The position numbers and the translations under genes are program-made. The notes under the pieces were generated by a model. That model ran no database searches. It saw only the letters and a list, made by a program, of their open reading frames with translations, and was not told the DNA's origin. This document shows positions 46,281-57,045 of a stretch of DNA of 64,000 bases, piece after piece (positions within the stretch are counted from its first letter, which is position 1; the number at the start of each line of letters is the position of its first letter). Origin of the DNA: Vicinamibacteria bacterium (GTDB lineage Bacteria; Acidobacteriota; Vicinamibacteria; Marinacidobacterales; Marinacidobacteraceae). Location of the stretch: assembly GCA_963555995.3 (NCBI GenBank), contig OY821641.1, positions 3,008,001-3,072,000 on the forward strand, in the 5' to 3' direction.

Positions 46281-47833
46281 ATGCGGGACTCCTACGACGT
46301 CGCCGCCATCGGCGGGGGGCCGGACGCCCTGGTCGCGGCGGCCGGGCTGGCCGACGCCGGGCACTCGGTCCTCGTGGTCGGCGAACGGGGCCAGCCCGGT
46401 GGCGTCGCCGCGAACGTGCCGATCGCGCCCGGATTCCAGTTCCCGGTGTTCCGGAGACCCTGCCGTCGCTGGACCCCGCGGTCGCGCTGGATCTCGACCT
46501 CGGGCGTCACGGCCTCGAACTCGTGGCTTCCGATCCGGTGCTGACCGCCGTCGGGTCGGACGGCGCCGCCTTCGCGCTGCCGCGCGATCCCGAACGGGCC
46601 CGCCTCGCCATCGCCGGACTCTCGGCGCGGGACGCCGCGCGTTTCCCGGAGTTCGTCGCCGAGCTCGGTGCGTTCGGCGGCTTCCTGCGGAAACTGCTCG
46701 ACCAGCCGCCGCTCCAGCTCGATGCCGGCCTGCCCGACGCCATTCCCGCGGCGTTCGCGGCCCTCGGACTCGGGGCGAAGCGGGTGAACGCGCTGCTTCG
46801 GGCGCTCCCGATGCCCCTCACCGACTACCTGAACGACTGGTTCGAGAGCGACTCCCTGAAGGCGGCGCTCGCCGGCTCCGCGCTCACCGGAACGCGGCTC
46901 GGCCACCGCGCCCCGGGAACCGCGGGGCTCTTCCTCCACTTCCACGCCTTCGGCCACCCGGAGCCGCTCGCCTGGATCCGTCCCGCCCGCGGCGGTTCTT
47001 CGGCCGTCGGACGGGCGCTCCGCGAGGCGGCGAGCGCCGCCGGGGCCCACCTCGAGTCGGAGTCCGGAGGGGTCCGCCGGATCGCGACCGGCCGCGCCGG
47101 GGTGACGGGCGTGGAGTTGCTGGACGGACGGACGATCGCCTGCGACATCGTGATCTCGGACGCCGCGCCGGGAACCACGCTCCTCGGCTGGACCGGAGCG
47201 GAGAAGCTGTTCCCCGACTTCGTCCACGAGGTCGAGAACATCCGCTACCGGGGGACGGCGGCGCGGGTGGGCCTCGCGCTCTCGGCGCTGCCGCGCATCG
47301 GCGGCGCCCCGGAGCACGACCCGCGGCTCGGCGGGGTGGTTCAGATCGGCGCCCGGATGGACGACCTGGAGCGGGCCTCGGACGCCTTCAAGTACGGCCG
47401 GATCGCGGACGAGCCGCTCGTGTTCGCGGCGCTGCCGTCGGTTCACGATCCCGAGCTGGCGCCCCCGGGCGGCGCGGTGCTGGCGGCGACCGTCCAATCG
47501 GTGCACCGGGACGCGGACGAGGGAGCGGTGCTCGAAGCGACGCTCACCGCCCTCGAACGGGCCCTTCCCGGGGTTTCGGATCTCGTGACCGCGTCCCGGG
47601 TGCTGACGCCCCGCACGCTCGAACGCGGCTTCGGCCTGATCGAGGGGAGCTTCCACCAGGGCGAGCCGACCCTCGACCAGTTCTACTCGCTCCGTCCGGT
47701 CCCCGGCTTCGCGCGTCACCGGACGCCGGTCGCCGGGCTCTACCTCGCCGGGCCGGGGACATACCCTTACGGCGGACTCCACGGCGTCTCGGGGCGGAAC
47801 GCCGCCCGCGCCGTGGCGGAGGATCTTTCCTAG
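46281..47833 (+). pseudogene. Second phytoene dehydrogenase-family oxidoreductase, frameshifted near 46450
   Basis: The N-terminal YDVAAIGGGP Rossmann fold is in one frame. From ETLPSLDPAVALDLDLGRHGL to YPYGGLHGVSGRNAA it is in another; one added base joins them. Confidence 0.75.
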
Positions 47834-47846
47834 CGAGGAGGCCCCA

Positions 47847-49070
47847 ATGCCCCGCTTCAAAGCCGGACCGGGATTCCTGGTCACCGCCGCCTTCATCGGG
47901 CCGGGCACCGTCGTCACCGCCAGCCGGGCGGGCGCCGGATACGGAACGACGCTTCTCTGGGCGGTCCTGTTCTCCGTCATCGCCACCATCGTGCTCCAGG
48001 ACATGGCGGCGCGGGTGGGTCTCGCCAGCCGCCGCGGCCTCGCCGAGGCCATCCGCGACAGCCTGGCGAACCCGGCCGTCCGGGTGGCAGCGCTCGGCCT
48101 CATCGCCTTCACCATCCTGATCGGCAACGCCGCCTTCCAGACGGGCAACCTGCTCGGCGCCTCGCTCGGCCTCAGCCTGCTCACCGGGCTGCCGGCGGGG
48201 CTCCTCGTCCTGATTGTGGGGACGCTCGCGGGCGGCCTGCTGATGACCGGGACCTACAAGATCATCCAGAACGCGCTGGTCTTTCTCGTGGGGCTGATGA
48301 GCGTCGTGTTCTTCCTGGTCGCGATCCTCAGCGCCCCGAGCCTCGGCGACCTGCTGAGCGGGTTCTTCATCCCGCGCATCCCGCCGGACCCGCAGGGCCT
48401 CATCACCGTGATGGCGCTCATCGGCACCACCGTCGTCTCCTACAACCTCTTCCTCCACACGAGCGCCACCCTCGAGCGGTGGCCGGACGCCGGGCGCACC
48501 GACGAGAGCATCCGCGAGAGCCGGCAGGACACCCTGTTCTCGGTGGTGCTCGGGGGCCTGATCACGGCGGCGGTGGTGGTGGCCGCCACCCCGCTGCTCG
48601 GGCAGGGCGCGGACGCGGCCGACGCCGCCACCGTCGCTTCGCGCCTCGAACCGCTGCTCGGACGGGCGGCCCCGGTGTTCTTCGGGATCGGCCTCTTCGC
48701 CGCCGGGCTCACCTCCGCGATCACCGCGCCGCTCGCCGCCGCCTACGCCGCCGGCGGAGCGCTCGGCTGGGGAGCGGACCTGAAGAGCACCCGGATCCGC
48801 CTGCTGTGGGGATTCGTCCTCCTGACCGGAATGGGCTTCGGGATCTTCCTCGGCGCCTCGCCCTACCAGATCATCCTGCTGGCGCAGGCCGGGAACGGAG
48901 TGGTCCTCCCGCTCGCCCTGATCCTGCTGCTCCTGGTGGTCAACAAGACCGGAATCATGGGCAAGTACCGGAACTCGCGGACTGCGAACGTCCTCGGCGC
49001 GCTCGTCGTCGCAGTCATCTCCGGCCTCGCGCTGTTCCAGCTGGCGCGGCTCTTCGGACTGGCGGGGTAG
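47847..49070 (+). CDS. NRAMP-family divalent metal transporter
   Basis: GPGFLVTAAFIGPGT, FQTGN, GTTVVSYNLFLH and about 11 TM segments. Confidence 0.88.
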   Translation: MPRFKAGPGFLVTAAFIGPGTVVTASRAGAGYGTTLLWAVLFSVIATIVLQDMAARVGLASRRGLAEAIRDSLANPAVRVAALGLIAFTILIGNAAFQTGNLLGASLGLSLLTGLPAGLLVLIVGTLAGGLLMTGTYKIIQNALVFLVGLMSVVFFLVAILSAPSLGDLLSGFFIPRIPPDPQGLITVMALIGTTVVSYNLFLHTSATLERWPDAGRTDESIRESRQDTLFSVVLGGLITAAVVVAATPLLGQGADAADAATVASRLEPLLGRAAPVFFGIGLFAAGLTSAITAPLAAAYAAGGALGWGADLKSTRIRLLWGFVLLTGMGFGIFLGASPYQIILLAQAGNGVVLPLALILLLLVVNKTGIMGKYRNSRTANVLGALVVAVISGLALFQLARLFGLAG

Positions 49071-49131
49071 CGCCCCGCCCGGGGCCGCCGACCTCCCCGG
49101 TCGGGCGCGCGCCCCGGCGTAGCATTCCGGC

Positions 49132-51429
49132 GTGCGCGCATCCGTTCCGGCCCGTGGCGCGGAGCCGCCACCGGCCGGCGCCGATCCGCTCCGCACGCTG
49201 CTCCGGCGGCGCTTCGGCCACGACGCCTTCCGGCCGCTCCAGGAGCGGGCCATCCGCCTGGCGCTCAACGGGCGGGACACTGTGGTGCTCATGCCCACCG
49301 GCGGCGGCAAGTCGCTCTGCTACCAGCTTCCGGCGCTCGCGCGCGACGGGCTGACGCTGGTGGTCTCCCCGCTGATCGCGCTGATGAAGGACCAGGTGGA
49401 CGCGCTCCGCGCCCGCGGCATCGCCGCCGGCTGCCTGAACAGTTCGATGGGCGCGGACGAAACCGGAGCGGTCCGGAGCGCGGCGCTCCGGGGCGATCTC
49501 GAGCTGCTCTACGTGGCGCCCGAACGGATCGCGCTGCCCGGCTTCCCGGGCTTCCTCGAGCGTCTCCGCGTCGGCTTCGTCGCCGTGGACGAGGCGCACT
49601 GCATCTCGCAGTGGGGGCACGAGTTCCGGCCCGACTACCTGACCCTCGGGGCGCTCCGCGAGGACCTGCCCGAGGTCCCCTTCATGGCGCTGACCGCCAC
49701 CGCCACCCCGCGCGTCCGCAACGACGTCGCGGAACGCCTCGGGATGCACGACCCCGAGTTCCTGGTCGCGAGCTTCAACCGCCCGAACATCCGCTACGCG
49801 GTCCGCCCGAAGCGGCGTTCGCTGCCGGTGCTGATCTCCATGCTTCGCGAGCGGGCCGGCGAGTCCGCCATCGTGTACTGCCTCTCCCGCCGGGAAACCG
49901 AGAACGTGGCGGCCTCCCTGCGGGACGCCGGGATCGAAGCGCTTCCGTACCACGCCGGGCTCGAACACGACGAGCGCCGCGACACCCACGACCGGTTCAC
50001 CAGCAAGGCGACCCCCGTCATCGTGGCGACCATCGCCTTCGGGATGGGGATTGACGTCCCGGACATCCGGCTCATCGTCCACTACAACCTGCCCAAGTCC
50101 CTCGAGGGCTACTACCAGGAGACCGGGCGCGCCGGCCGGGACGGCAAGCCGAGCGACTGCGTCCTCTTCTACACCACCGCCGACCGGAGCACCCAGGAGA
50201 AGTTCATCCGGGAGATCGAGGACCCGGACGAACAGGAACGGGCGCTCGCCCGGCTACGCCGGGTGCTCGGGTACTGCCAGTTGCGCTCCTGCCGCCGCCG
50301 CCACCTGCTCGACTACTTCGGCGAGCCGACCCCGGAGGGCCGGGACAACTGCGGCAACTGCGACAACTGCCTCGATCCGGACGCGGACCTCGCGGAGTTC
50401 GACGGCACCGAGATCGCCCAGAAGATCCTCTCCGCCGTCCATCGCACCGGCGCGCGGTTCGGCATGGCCCACGTGACCGAGGTGCTGCGCGGGTCGCGCA
50501 GCCGCAAGGTGCTCCAGTTCCGCCACGACCGGCTCAGCGTCCACGGCATCGCCCGCGACGTCGCGGCGGAGGAGCTCCGCGACCTCGCCGACCAGCTCGT
50601 GGACCGCGGGCTGCTCCACCGCGCCGCCGGGGAGTTCCCGACGGTCTCGATCGCGCCCGCGGGCTGGAGGTTCCTGCGCACCGGCGAGCGGATCACCCTG
50701 ACCCGCCCGCGGGCCGCGCCGCCGGACCCGCGGAAGAGCCGCGCCGCGAAGGCCGCCGCCGCCCGTTCACCGGACACCCCGTCCGACATCCCGCCACCAC
50801 CGGAGATCGAGGCCGACCTGTTCGAGGCGCTAAGGGACGTCCGCCGCCGGCTCGCCGAGCGCGACGGGCTCCGTCCCTTCCACGTCTGCGGCGACCGGAC
50901 GCTCCGCGAGATGGCGGCCTACCTGCCGCAGAGCGAGGACGGCCTGCTCCGCATCCACGGGTTCGGCCCGGTGAAGCTGGAACGGTACGGCGCGCCCCTC
51001 CTCGAAGCCGTGCGCGGTCACGCCGCGGCGAAGGATCTGCCCGACCGTACCGCGACCCTCCGTCCGCCCGCGAAACCCCGCGCCTCCGACACCGCGAAGC
51101 CGTCTTCGACGCTCGCCGCCACCCGGGAACTCCTCGACGCGGGCCGCTCCGTCACCGAGATCGCGGAGCTCCGCGCGGTGAACGTCGAGACCGTGCTCCA
51201 TCACCTCGAACGCCTGGTCCGGGACGGCGCCGCCCTCGATCTCTCCCCGAGCCTGCCGGCCCCGGAGCGCACCGCCCGCATCCGGGACGCGCTGGCCGCG
51301 ATGGGCACTGAGGCGCTGCGCCCAGTCCGCGACCGGCTGGGCTCCGCTTACTCCTACGAAGAGATCCGCATCGTCCGCGCGAGCCTCCAGGCCGGGAAAC
51401 CGAATCCGCCCCCCGCCCATGACGACTGA
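49132..51429 (+). CDS. recQ: DNA helicase RecQ
   Basis: PTGGGKSLCYQLP, DEAHCISQWGHEFRP, QETGRAGRDG, zinc site C..CGNCDNC, and RQC/HRDC-like domains. Confidence 0.95.
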   Translation: MRASVPARGAEPPPAGADPLRTLLRRRFGHDAFRPLQERAIRLALNGRDTVVLMPTGGGKSLCYQLPALARDGLTLVVSPLIALMKDQVDALRARGIAAGCLNSSMGADETGAVRSAALRGDLELLYVAPERIALPGFPGFLERLRVGFVAVDEAHCISQWGHEFRPDYLTLGALREDLPEVPFMALTATATPRVRNDVAERLGMHDPEFLVASFNRPNIRYAVRPKRRSLPVLISMLRERAGESAIVYCLSRRETENVAASLRDAGIEALPYHAGLEHDERRDTHDRFTSKATPVIVATIAFGMGIDVPDIRLIVHYNLPKSLEGYYQETGRAGRDGKPSDCVLFYTTADRSTQEKFIREIEDPDEQERALARLRRVLGYCQLRSCRRRHLLDYFGEPTPEGRDNCGNCDNCLDPDADLAEFDGTEIAQKILSAVHRTGARFGMAHVTEVLRGSRSRKVLQFRHDRLSVHGIARDVAAEELRDLADQLVDRGLLHRAAGEFPTVSIAPAGWRFLRTGERITLTRPRAAPPDPRKSRAAKAAAARSPDTPSDIPPPPEIEADLFEALRDVRRRLAERDGLRPFHVCGDRTLREMAAYLPQSEDGLLRIHGFGPVKLERYGAPLLEAVRGHAAAKDLPDRTATLRPPAKPRASDTAKPSSTLAATRELLDAGRSVTEIAELRAVNVETVLHHLERLVRDGAALDLSPSLPAPERTARIRDALAAMGTEALRPVRDRLGSAYSYEEIRIVRASLQAGKPNPPPAHDD

Positions 51430-51501
51430 GGACGCGAGCCCGACCCAAAGACTCCGGCGGCAGACCCGCCCACGACCGCTCCGGGACCCGATGCCGTCGC
51501 T

Positions 51502-51722
51502 TTGCTGTGAAAATGCAGTCGTGCGGGGTTGGCCAGCAGCCGTGATGGCGCCGCCGACTTGGAACGCCGGCTTCAGCCGGCACCCGCTGCGCGAAGCGCA
51601 GCGCGCGGCACAACACTGACCTGCCCGCTAGCGCTCGGCTTGCGGGACACGACTGCGAAATACGACACGACGTCCGCGGGCGTTCGGCCCGCTGTGCCGG
51701 CTGAAGCCGGCGTTCCAAGCCG
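51502..51722. repeat. REPIN-like element
   Basis: Inverted CTTGGAACGCCGGCTTCAGCCGGCAC pair; the leader TTGCTGTGAAAATGCAGTC is shared with 63521. Confidence 0.8.
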
Positions 51723-51831
51723 TTTCGGCAGTCGTTCCGCCAGAACGACAGCAGAAATGGCATCTGCGCCGCCGCTTTTGCAGCCTCCAGACGCGCGGCT
51801 CGATGGTTTCATGCGCGGTTACCCGTGGCCC

Positions 51832-52800
51832 CTACGGCAGTTCGCCGTTCAGCTCCATATACACCCGGCGGAGCGCCATCCCGCGTTGGCTCTCCCGGAG
51901 CGACCAGGTCTCGAGGTCGCTGAAGTCGGCATCGGCATCGGCTTCCTCGGGGCTGAGCCCCATCCCGTGGAGCCGGGTGGACTCGGCGATGACCGTCTCG
52001 AGCGCCTCGATGGCGACCTGGAGCTCGTCCCGGAGCACCTCCGCGCTGTCCACGAAGCCGTGTCCGGGAATGTTGACGCGGGCGTTCATCTCCTGGGCGC
52101 GGCGCAGCATCGCGACCCACTCGGTGGGGTAGGCGGAGCGCATCGCGGGATAGACCCGGTGGAGATACGCCTCGGTCAGGAAGAGGACGCTCTCCTCCGG
52201 CAGGTGGACGACCAGGTCGCCGCCGGTGTGGGCGCGGCCGAGGAACAGGATCTCGATCGCCCTGCCGCCTAGCGTCAGGTCCATCCGGTCGGAGATCACG
52301 GTCTCCGGCTTCGGGATCTCGGGAATCCGCTCGCTCATCCGCTCCATCGCGGCCACCGAGTTCTCGTGGACGATGTACTCGACGCCCTCGGGGAACGCGC
52401 CGTTGCCGGCGGTGTGGTCCCCGTGGTCGGAGCAGACCACCACGTGGGTGATCGGCTGGTCGGTGAGCTTGCCGATCTCCTCGACCATCCGGGCGGTCTC
52501 CTCGAAGTTCCCCTGCCCGTCGGCGACCAGCACCCCCTCGCCCGTCACCACGAACATGCTGACGGTGGTGAAAAGTTCCTCGCCGGCGGCGCGGAGCTGT
52601 TCGTAGGAATAGACGCCGGGCGCGAGTTCCTGGATCCGGGGGAAGTCCGCCTCGGTCAGGCCGCGTTGGAAGGGGTCGGCGGTGCGGGCGGGAACCTCGG
52701 GCGCCTCGGCTTCGGGCTCCGGGGCGGGCGCCGGTTCCGGAGCGCCGCAGGCCAACAACCCCAGCGCGCAAAGCGACATCGTCAGCAAATCACGAAGCAC
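51832..52800 (-). CDS. MBL-fold hydrolase lipoprotein
   Basis: Lipobox LLAC, SDHGDH, AHTGGD and IPGHG. Confidence 0.8.
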   Translation of the reverse strand: MLRDLLTMSLCALGLLACGAPEPAPAPEPEAEAPEVPARTADPFQRGLTEADFPRIQELAPGVYSYEQLRAAGEELFTTVSMFVVTGEGVLVADGQGNFEETARMVEEIGKLTDQPITHVVVCSDHGDHTAGNGAFPEGVEYIVHENSVAAMERMSERIPEIPKPETVISDRMDLTLGGRAIEILFLGRAHTGGDLVVHLPEESVLFLTEAYLHRVYPAMRSAYPTEWVAMLRRAQEMNARVNIPGHGFVDSAEVLRDELQVAIEALETVIAESTRLHGMGLSPEEADADADFSDLETWSLRESQRGMALRRVYMELNGELP

Positions 52801-52998
52801 AACCAGCCTCCCTCGCTCCGCGCGCCGGACGGCGCGTCACCGAGCAACCGGAGCGTACCCGTTCCCTCGGCGTTGATGCGGGGTCGCCGGTACGCCGCTT
52901 GCGCAACCGGCGCGAGATTCCGAAACTGGTCGGTCCGCCCGCGATCTCGGCGGGCGCCGGCCCCCTGAACGGACCGGGGACGGTCCCGGGAGAACCCC

Positions 52999-53934
52999 AT
53001 GACGAACCCACGCAAACACTTGTCCGCAGCGCGCCGGCCGGCGCCGCTACTGGCGCTTTCGCTCGGCCTGACGCTTCTCGGCGCGGGGAGCGGGGCAGCG
53101 GAACAGCCCCCGCTCGACCCGGGGGGCGGAAACCCCGCGCCGTGCCCGGACGATGCGGGGCAGGGCTGCGATACCGAACCGCGGGCGGGCCTGCGCGGTT
53201 TCTACGTGAGTGTCGGGGGCGGCGGAGACTTTCTCTTCAACGACGACCGCTACGGCCTCGACGAGGCCGGCGCCGTCGGCGCCGCCGTGGGCTACGCGCG
53301 CGGGTCGCTGCGGTTCGAACTCGAACTCGTCGGCCGGGGCGCAGGTGGCGGGGAGCGCCACGGCCCGGATGGGGCGGTCAGCATTTCCCGCGGCGGGTTC
53401 GGGAGGTTCCCCGGGCGGTGGGCGTTCGGCGGAGAGCAGGCCGAACTGGAAATCGGACAGGTCTTCGTCAACTTCTACTACGACTTCCACAACAGTTCGC
53501 GGTTCACGCCCTGGATCGGGGCCGGCGGCGGCTGGGCCGCCACGGAACTGGAGTACGCGGTGGGAGCCGGCGAGTGGTTTGCGGCGATTCCGGACGTTCC
53601 GGGCCGGGGCGGGCCGGGGAGGAGCGGTTTCCCGCGGGGCGGCGGCTTCGGCGGTGCGGAGATCGAGGTTTCGGACACGGTGCCGGGAGTGCAGCTCCTC
53701 GCGGGTCTGGATATCGCCCTCGGAAACCGCTTCTCGGTCGAGACGAGGTTGCGCTGGAGCCACTTCGGTCAGGCGCGTGGAGACGGGGCGTTCGACGACG
53801 GACCGATCGGGTGGTCGTACGCGGGGCGCTCGTCAGAGCATGGTCCGTTCTTCGGGCGTGGCTTCCGGGGAGCGGCGCCACCCCTCGACCTGTCCTCGGT
53901 CGGGGCGTCGCTCGCCTTCAAGTACCGCTTCTGA
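52999..53934 (+). CDS. Outer-membrane beta-barrel protein (Opa/OmpA-TM-like)
   Basis: Signal peptide, GFYVSVGGG, VNFYYDF..FTPWIGAGGG and C-terminal KYRF. Confidence 0.8.
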   Translation: MTNPRKHLSAARRPAPLLALSLGLTLLGAGSGAAEQPPLDPGGGNPAPCPDDAGQGCDTEPRAGLRGFYVSVGGGGDFLFNDDRYGLDEAGAVGAAVGYARGSLRFELELVGRGAGGGERHGPDGAVSISRGGFGRFPGRWAFGGEQAELEIGQVFVNFYYDFHNSSRFTPWIGAGGGWAATELEYAVGAGEWFAAIPDVPGRGGPGRSGFPRGGGFGGAEIEVSDTVPGVQLLAGLDIALGNRFSVETRLRWSHFGQARGDGAFDDGPIGWSYAGRSSEHGPFFGRGFRGAAPPLDLSSVGASLAFKYRF

Positions 53935-54041
53935 CGGATGCCCGCTCGCGGCCGGAGCTGCCGCCGGCCGGGGACAGGTACCCGGACCTCCGTCGCCCGG
54001 GGCGGAGAGCGGTACGTCGTCCGCGGGCCTCCGGCCCGCTG

Positions 54042-54332
54042 TGCCGGCCGTCACCGGGAGGACTGGCCGGAGGTCGGCGTTCCAGGCCGGTGTGTCGCCT
54101 CTGCTGTTGAGGTCCGCGCCGCGTTGGGCGCCACTTTCCTGGGTGGGGGTGCGACGTGCGCGGTGCGGAGCACCGCGCGTGCCGGTCTGGAGACCGGCGT
54201 TCCAAGCCGGTGTGGCGCCTCGGCTGTTGAGTTCCGTGCCGAGGTGGGCACCGACTTTCCTGGGTGGGGTTGCGACGTGCGCGGTGCGGAGCGCCGCGCG
54301 TGCCGGTCTGGAGACCGGCGTTCCAAGCCGGT
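54042..54332. repeat. BIME-like tandem array of ~121-bp units
   Basis: Three CGGCGTTCCA(A/G)GCCGGTG motifs separated by two similar spacers. Confidence 0.85.
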
Positions 54333-54418
54333 GCGCCATCCCGGCTGGCGTGGACCTCGCGGCGGCCTCGGGCTCGCGTAAGATGGGGGGTTCCCCCGAC
54401 CGGGGAGGAGGGACCGTC

Positions 54419-56869
54419 ATGCGGCTTCCGTTGTTTCGTCTGCTGATCGTTCCGGCCGTTGCCCTGGCCGGCCTCGCCGCCGCGCAGGACGGCTACCAAC
54501 TGCCGCCCGAAGACATCGTGCGGATCGCGGAGGCGCCCCCGACGCCCGGGATCTCGGTGTCCCCCGACAAGGCCCACGTGGTGCTCACCCACCGCGAGAG
54601 CCTGGTCCCGCTCGCCGAGCTGTCGCGGGCCGAACTGCGGATTGCGGGGCTCCGGATTGATCCGGCGGCCAACGCGGCGAGCCGGCGGCGGATGTTCCGG
54701 GGTCTCACCCTCGAGGCGCTCGACGGCGGCGCGGAAACGGCGATCACCGGGCTGCCGGACCCGCTCCGCGGCGACCACCTGAGCTGGGCGCCGGACGGCT
54801 CGCGCTTCGCCTTCACCCACACCGGGGACGACGGTGTGGAGCTGTGGACCGTGGACGCGGCGAGCGGCACGGCGAGCCGGGTCCTCGCGGGCGTGAACGC
54901 GATCTTCCGGAACACCCCGTTCCACTGGCTGAGCGACAGCGCCCATCTCGCCGTCCGGATCGTGGACGCGGACCGCGGTATGCCGCCGGAGGCCCCGGCG
55001 GTTCCCGAGACGCCGGTGATCCAGGAGACCACCGGACGCGTCGCGCCGGCGCGGACCTACCAGGACCTGCTCACGAGCCCCCACGACAACGCGCTCTTCT
55101 CCTACTACGGAGCGGCCCGCGCGGTCGTCGTGGATCTCTCCGGAGCCGCCACCGAGATCGCCGGGCCGGGCATCCTGGACCGCTTCGCGCCGTCCCCGGA
55201 CGGGAACTACCTGCTCGTCAGCACCATCCACGAGCCCTTCTCGTGGCTCGTTCCGTACTCGCGGTTCCCGCACCGGATCGAGATCCGGGACCGCAGCGGG
55301 GCGGTGGTGCGCGAGATCGTGGACCTGCCGCTCCACGAGGAGATCCCGATCGGACGCGACTCGGCGCCGACCGGCCCGCGGTCCATCAACTGGCGCGGCG
55401 ACCACGACGCCAGCCTGGTCTGGACCGAGGCCCGCGACGGCGGCGACCCGCACGCCGAGGCGTCGGTCCGCGACGTGCTGGTGCAGCTCTCCGCCCCCTT
55501 CGAGGGCGATCCCGAGGTGCTGCTCCAGGTGCCGCTGCGCATGAGCGGCGCGACCTTCGGCGGCGGGCGCGGGGTGGCGATCACCCGCTGGTGGATCACC
55601 CGCGCCGAGCAGATCTGGAGCATTCCGACCGCAGGCGACGGGGAACCGATGCTGGCCTTCGACACCTCCTACGAGGATCGCTACGCCGCGCCGGGGACGC
55701 CGCTGACCACCCGGAACGAGCGGGGCGCGCGGGTGCTGCTCACCTCGGCGGACGGCTCGAAGGCGTACCTGACCGCGGAGGGCGCGTCGCCGGAGGGCAA
55801 CCGGCCCTTCGTGGACGAGTGGGATCTCGCGACCGGCGAGACCCGCCGCCTCTTCCAGTCGGACGCCGACTCCTACGAGACGCCGCTGGCGCTCCTCGAT
55901 CCGGAGGCCGGGCTGCTCCTGACCCGGAAGGAGACCCGGACCACGCCTCCCAACTACTACGTCCGCGACCTCGGTAACGGCGGCGAGGCGAGCGCCATCA
56001 CCGACATCGCCCACCCGTACCCCGGTCTTGAGGGCGCGGGACGCGAACTCATCCGCTACCAGCGGAACGACGGCGTCGAACTGAACGCCCTCCTCCACAC
56101 CCCGCCGGGCTACGACGCGGCCCGCGACGGACGCCTGCCGTTGATCGTCTGGGCCTACCCCCGCGAGTACAAGAGCGCGGCGGCCGCCGCCCAGGTGCGG
56201 GATTCACCGCAGCGGTTCAGCTTCGTCAGTTGGGGTTCGGCGCTCTACTGGCTGACCCAGGGATACGCGGTCATGGAGAACGCGACCATCCCGATCATCG
56301 GCGAGGGCGACGAGGAACCGAACGACAGCTACGTCGAGCAGCTCGTGGGGAGCGCCCAGGCGGCGGTGGACGAGGCGGTCCGGCGCGGCGTCGCCGATCC
56401 GGAGCGGACCGCGATCGCGGGACACTCCTACGGGGCGTTCATGACCGCGAACCTGCTGGCGCACTCGGACATCTTCCGGGCGGGCATCGCCCGCAGCGGC
56501 GCCTTCAACCGCAGCCTGACCCCCTTCGGCTTCCAGAGCGAGCCGCGGACCTTCTGGGAGGCCCCGGAGATCTACTTCCGGATGTCCCCGTTCATGCACG
56601 CCCACCAGGTGAACGAGCCGATCCTGCTGATCCACGGCATCGTGGACAACAACTCGGGCACTTTCCCGGTGCAGAGCCGCCGCTTCTACCACGCCCTCAA
56701 GGGCCACGGCGCGATCGCGCGGCTCGTGATGCTCCCCCACGAGAGCCACGGCTACGTCGCCCGCGAGTCGGTGATGCACACCCTCTGGGAGCAGCACCAG
56801 TGGCTGGAGCGCCACGTCAAGCAGGCCGCGCCGCGCCTGGAGACGACCCAGGAGAGCGGTCGGCGGTAG
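54419..56869 (+). CDS. S9-family serine peptidase (glutamyl endopeptidase-like)
   Basis: Signal peptide, GHSYG, ARSGAFNR, DNNSGT and HESHGY; GAGGAGG RBS. Confidence 0.9.
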   Translation: MRLPLFRLLIVPAVALAGLAAAQDGYQLPPEDIVRIAEAPPTPGISVSPDKAHVVLTHRESLVPLAELSRAELRIAGLRIDPAANAASRRRMFRGLTLEALDGGAETAITGLPDPLRGDHLSWAPDGSRFAFTHTGDDGVELWTVDAASGTASRVLAGVNAIFRNTPFHWLSDSAHLAVRIVDADRGMPPEAPAVPETPVIQETTGRVAPARTYQDLLTSPHDNALFSYYGAARAVVVDLSGAATEIAGPGILDRFAPSPDGNYLLVSTIHEPFSWLVPYSRFPHRIEIRDRSGAVVREIVDLPLHEEIPIGRDSAPTGPRSINWRGDHDASLVWTEARDGGDPHAEASVRDVLVQLSAPFEGDPEVLLQVPLRMSGATFGGGRGVAITRWWITRAEQIWSIPTAGDGEPMLAFDTSYEDRYAAPGTPLTTRNERGARVLLTSADGSKAYLTAEGASPEGNRPFVDEWDLATGETRRLFQSDADSYETPLALLDPEAGLLLTRKETRTTPPNYYVRDLGNGGEASAITDIAHPYPGLEGAGRELIRYQRNDGVELNALLHTPPGYDAARDGRLPLIVWAYPREYKSAAAAAQVRDSPQRFSFVSWGSALYWLTQGYAVMENATIPIIGEGDEEPNDSYVEQLVGSAQAAVDEAVRRGVADPERTAIAGHSYGAFMTANLLAHSDIFRAGIARSGAFNRSLTPFGFQSEPRTFWEAPEIYFRMSPFMHAHQVNEPILLIHGIVDNNSGTFPVQSRRFYHALKGHGAIARLVMLPHESHGYVARESVMHTLWEQHQWLERHVKQAAPRLETTQESGRR

Positions 56870-56881
56870 CCCCGCGGGACA

Positions 56882-57011
56882 GGGAGCGCCGGCCAATTCT
56901 CCCGGTGGGGGCCTTCAACCGGCGCTCCTGACGTCGCGCCATACGGCCGGATAGCGACGGGAGTTTCGTCCCGCTGCGGGGGATGGCGCCGATCTGAAGA
57001 TCGGCGCTCCC
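56882..57011. repeat. REPIN-like element between convergent genes
   Basis: GGGAGCGCCGG...GCCGATCTGAAGATCGGCGCTCCC; the interior resembles 36100-36200. Confidence 0.65.
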
Positions 57012-57045
57012 TTGGCGCTCCTTGCGTGCGATGGGCGGTGGGCCG

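Noticed and set aside
44687-47833. Carotenoid biosynthesis (crtI)
   Set aside because: The motifs fit the PYROXD2-like branch and no crtB or crtE is nearby.
54042-54332. CRISPR array
   Set aside because: The spacers are ~100 bp and similar to each other, no cas genes are present, and the motif is a dispersed REP-like repeat.
53210-54418. N-terminal extension of the S9 peptidase ORF (similarly 36018, 38245, 39850, 44384 and 63679)
   Set aside because: The extensions run through other genes or REP repeats; RBS, signal peptide or motif position supports the later starts.
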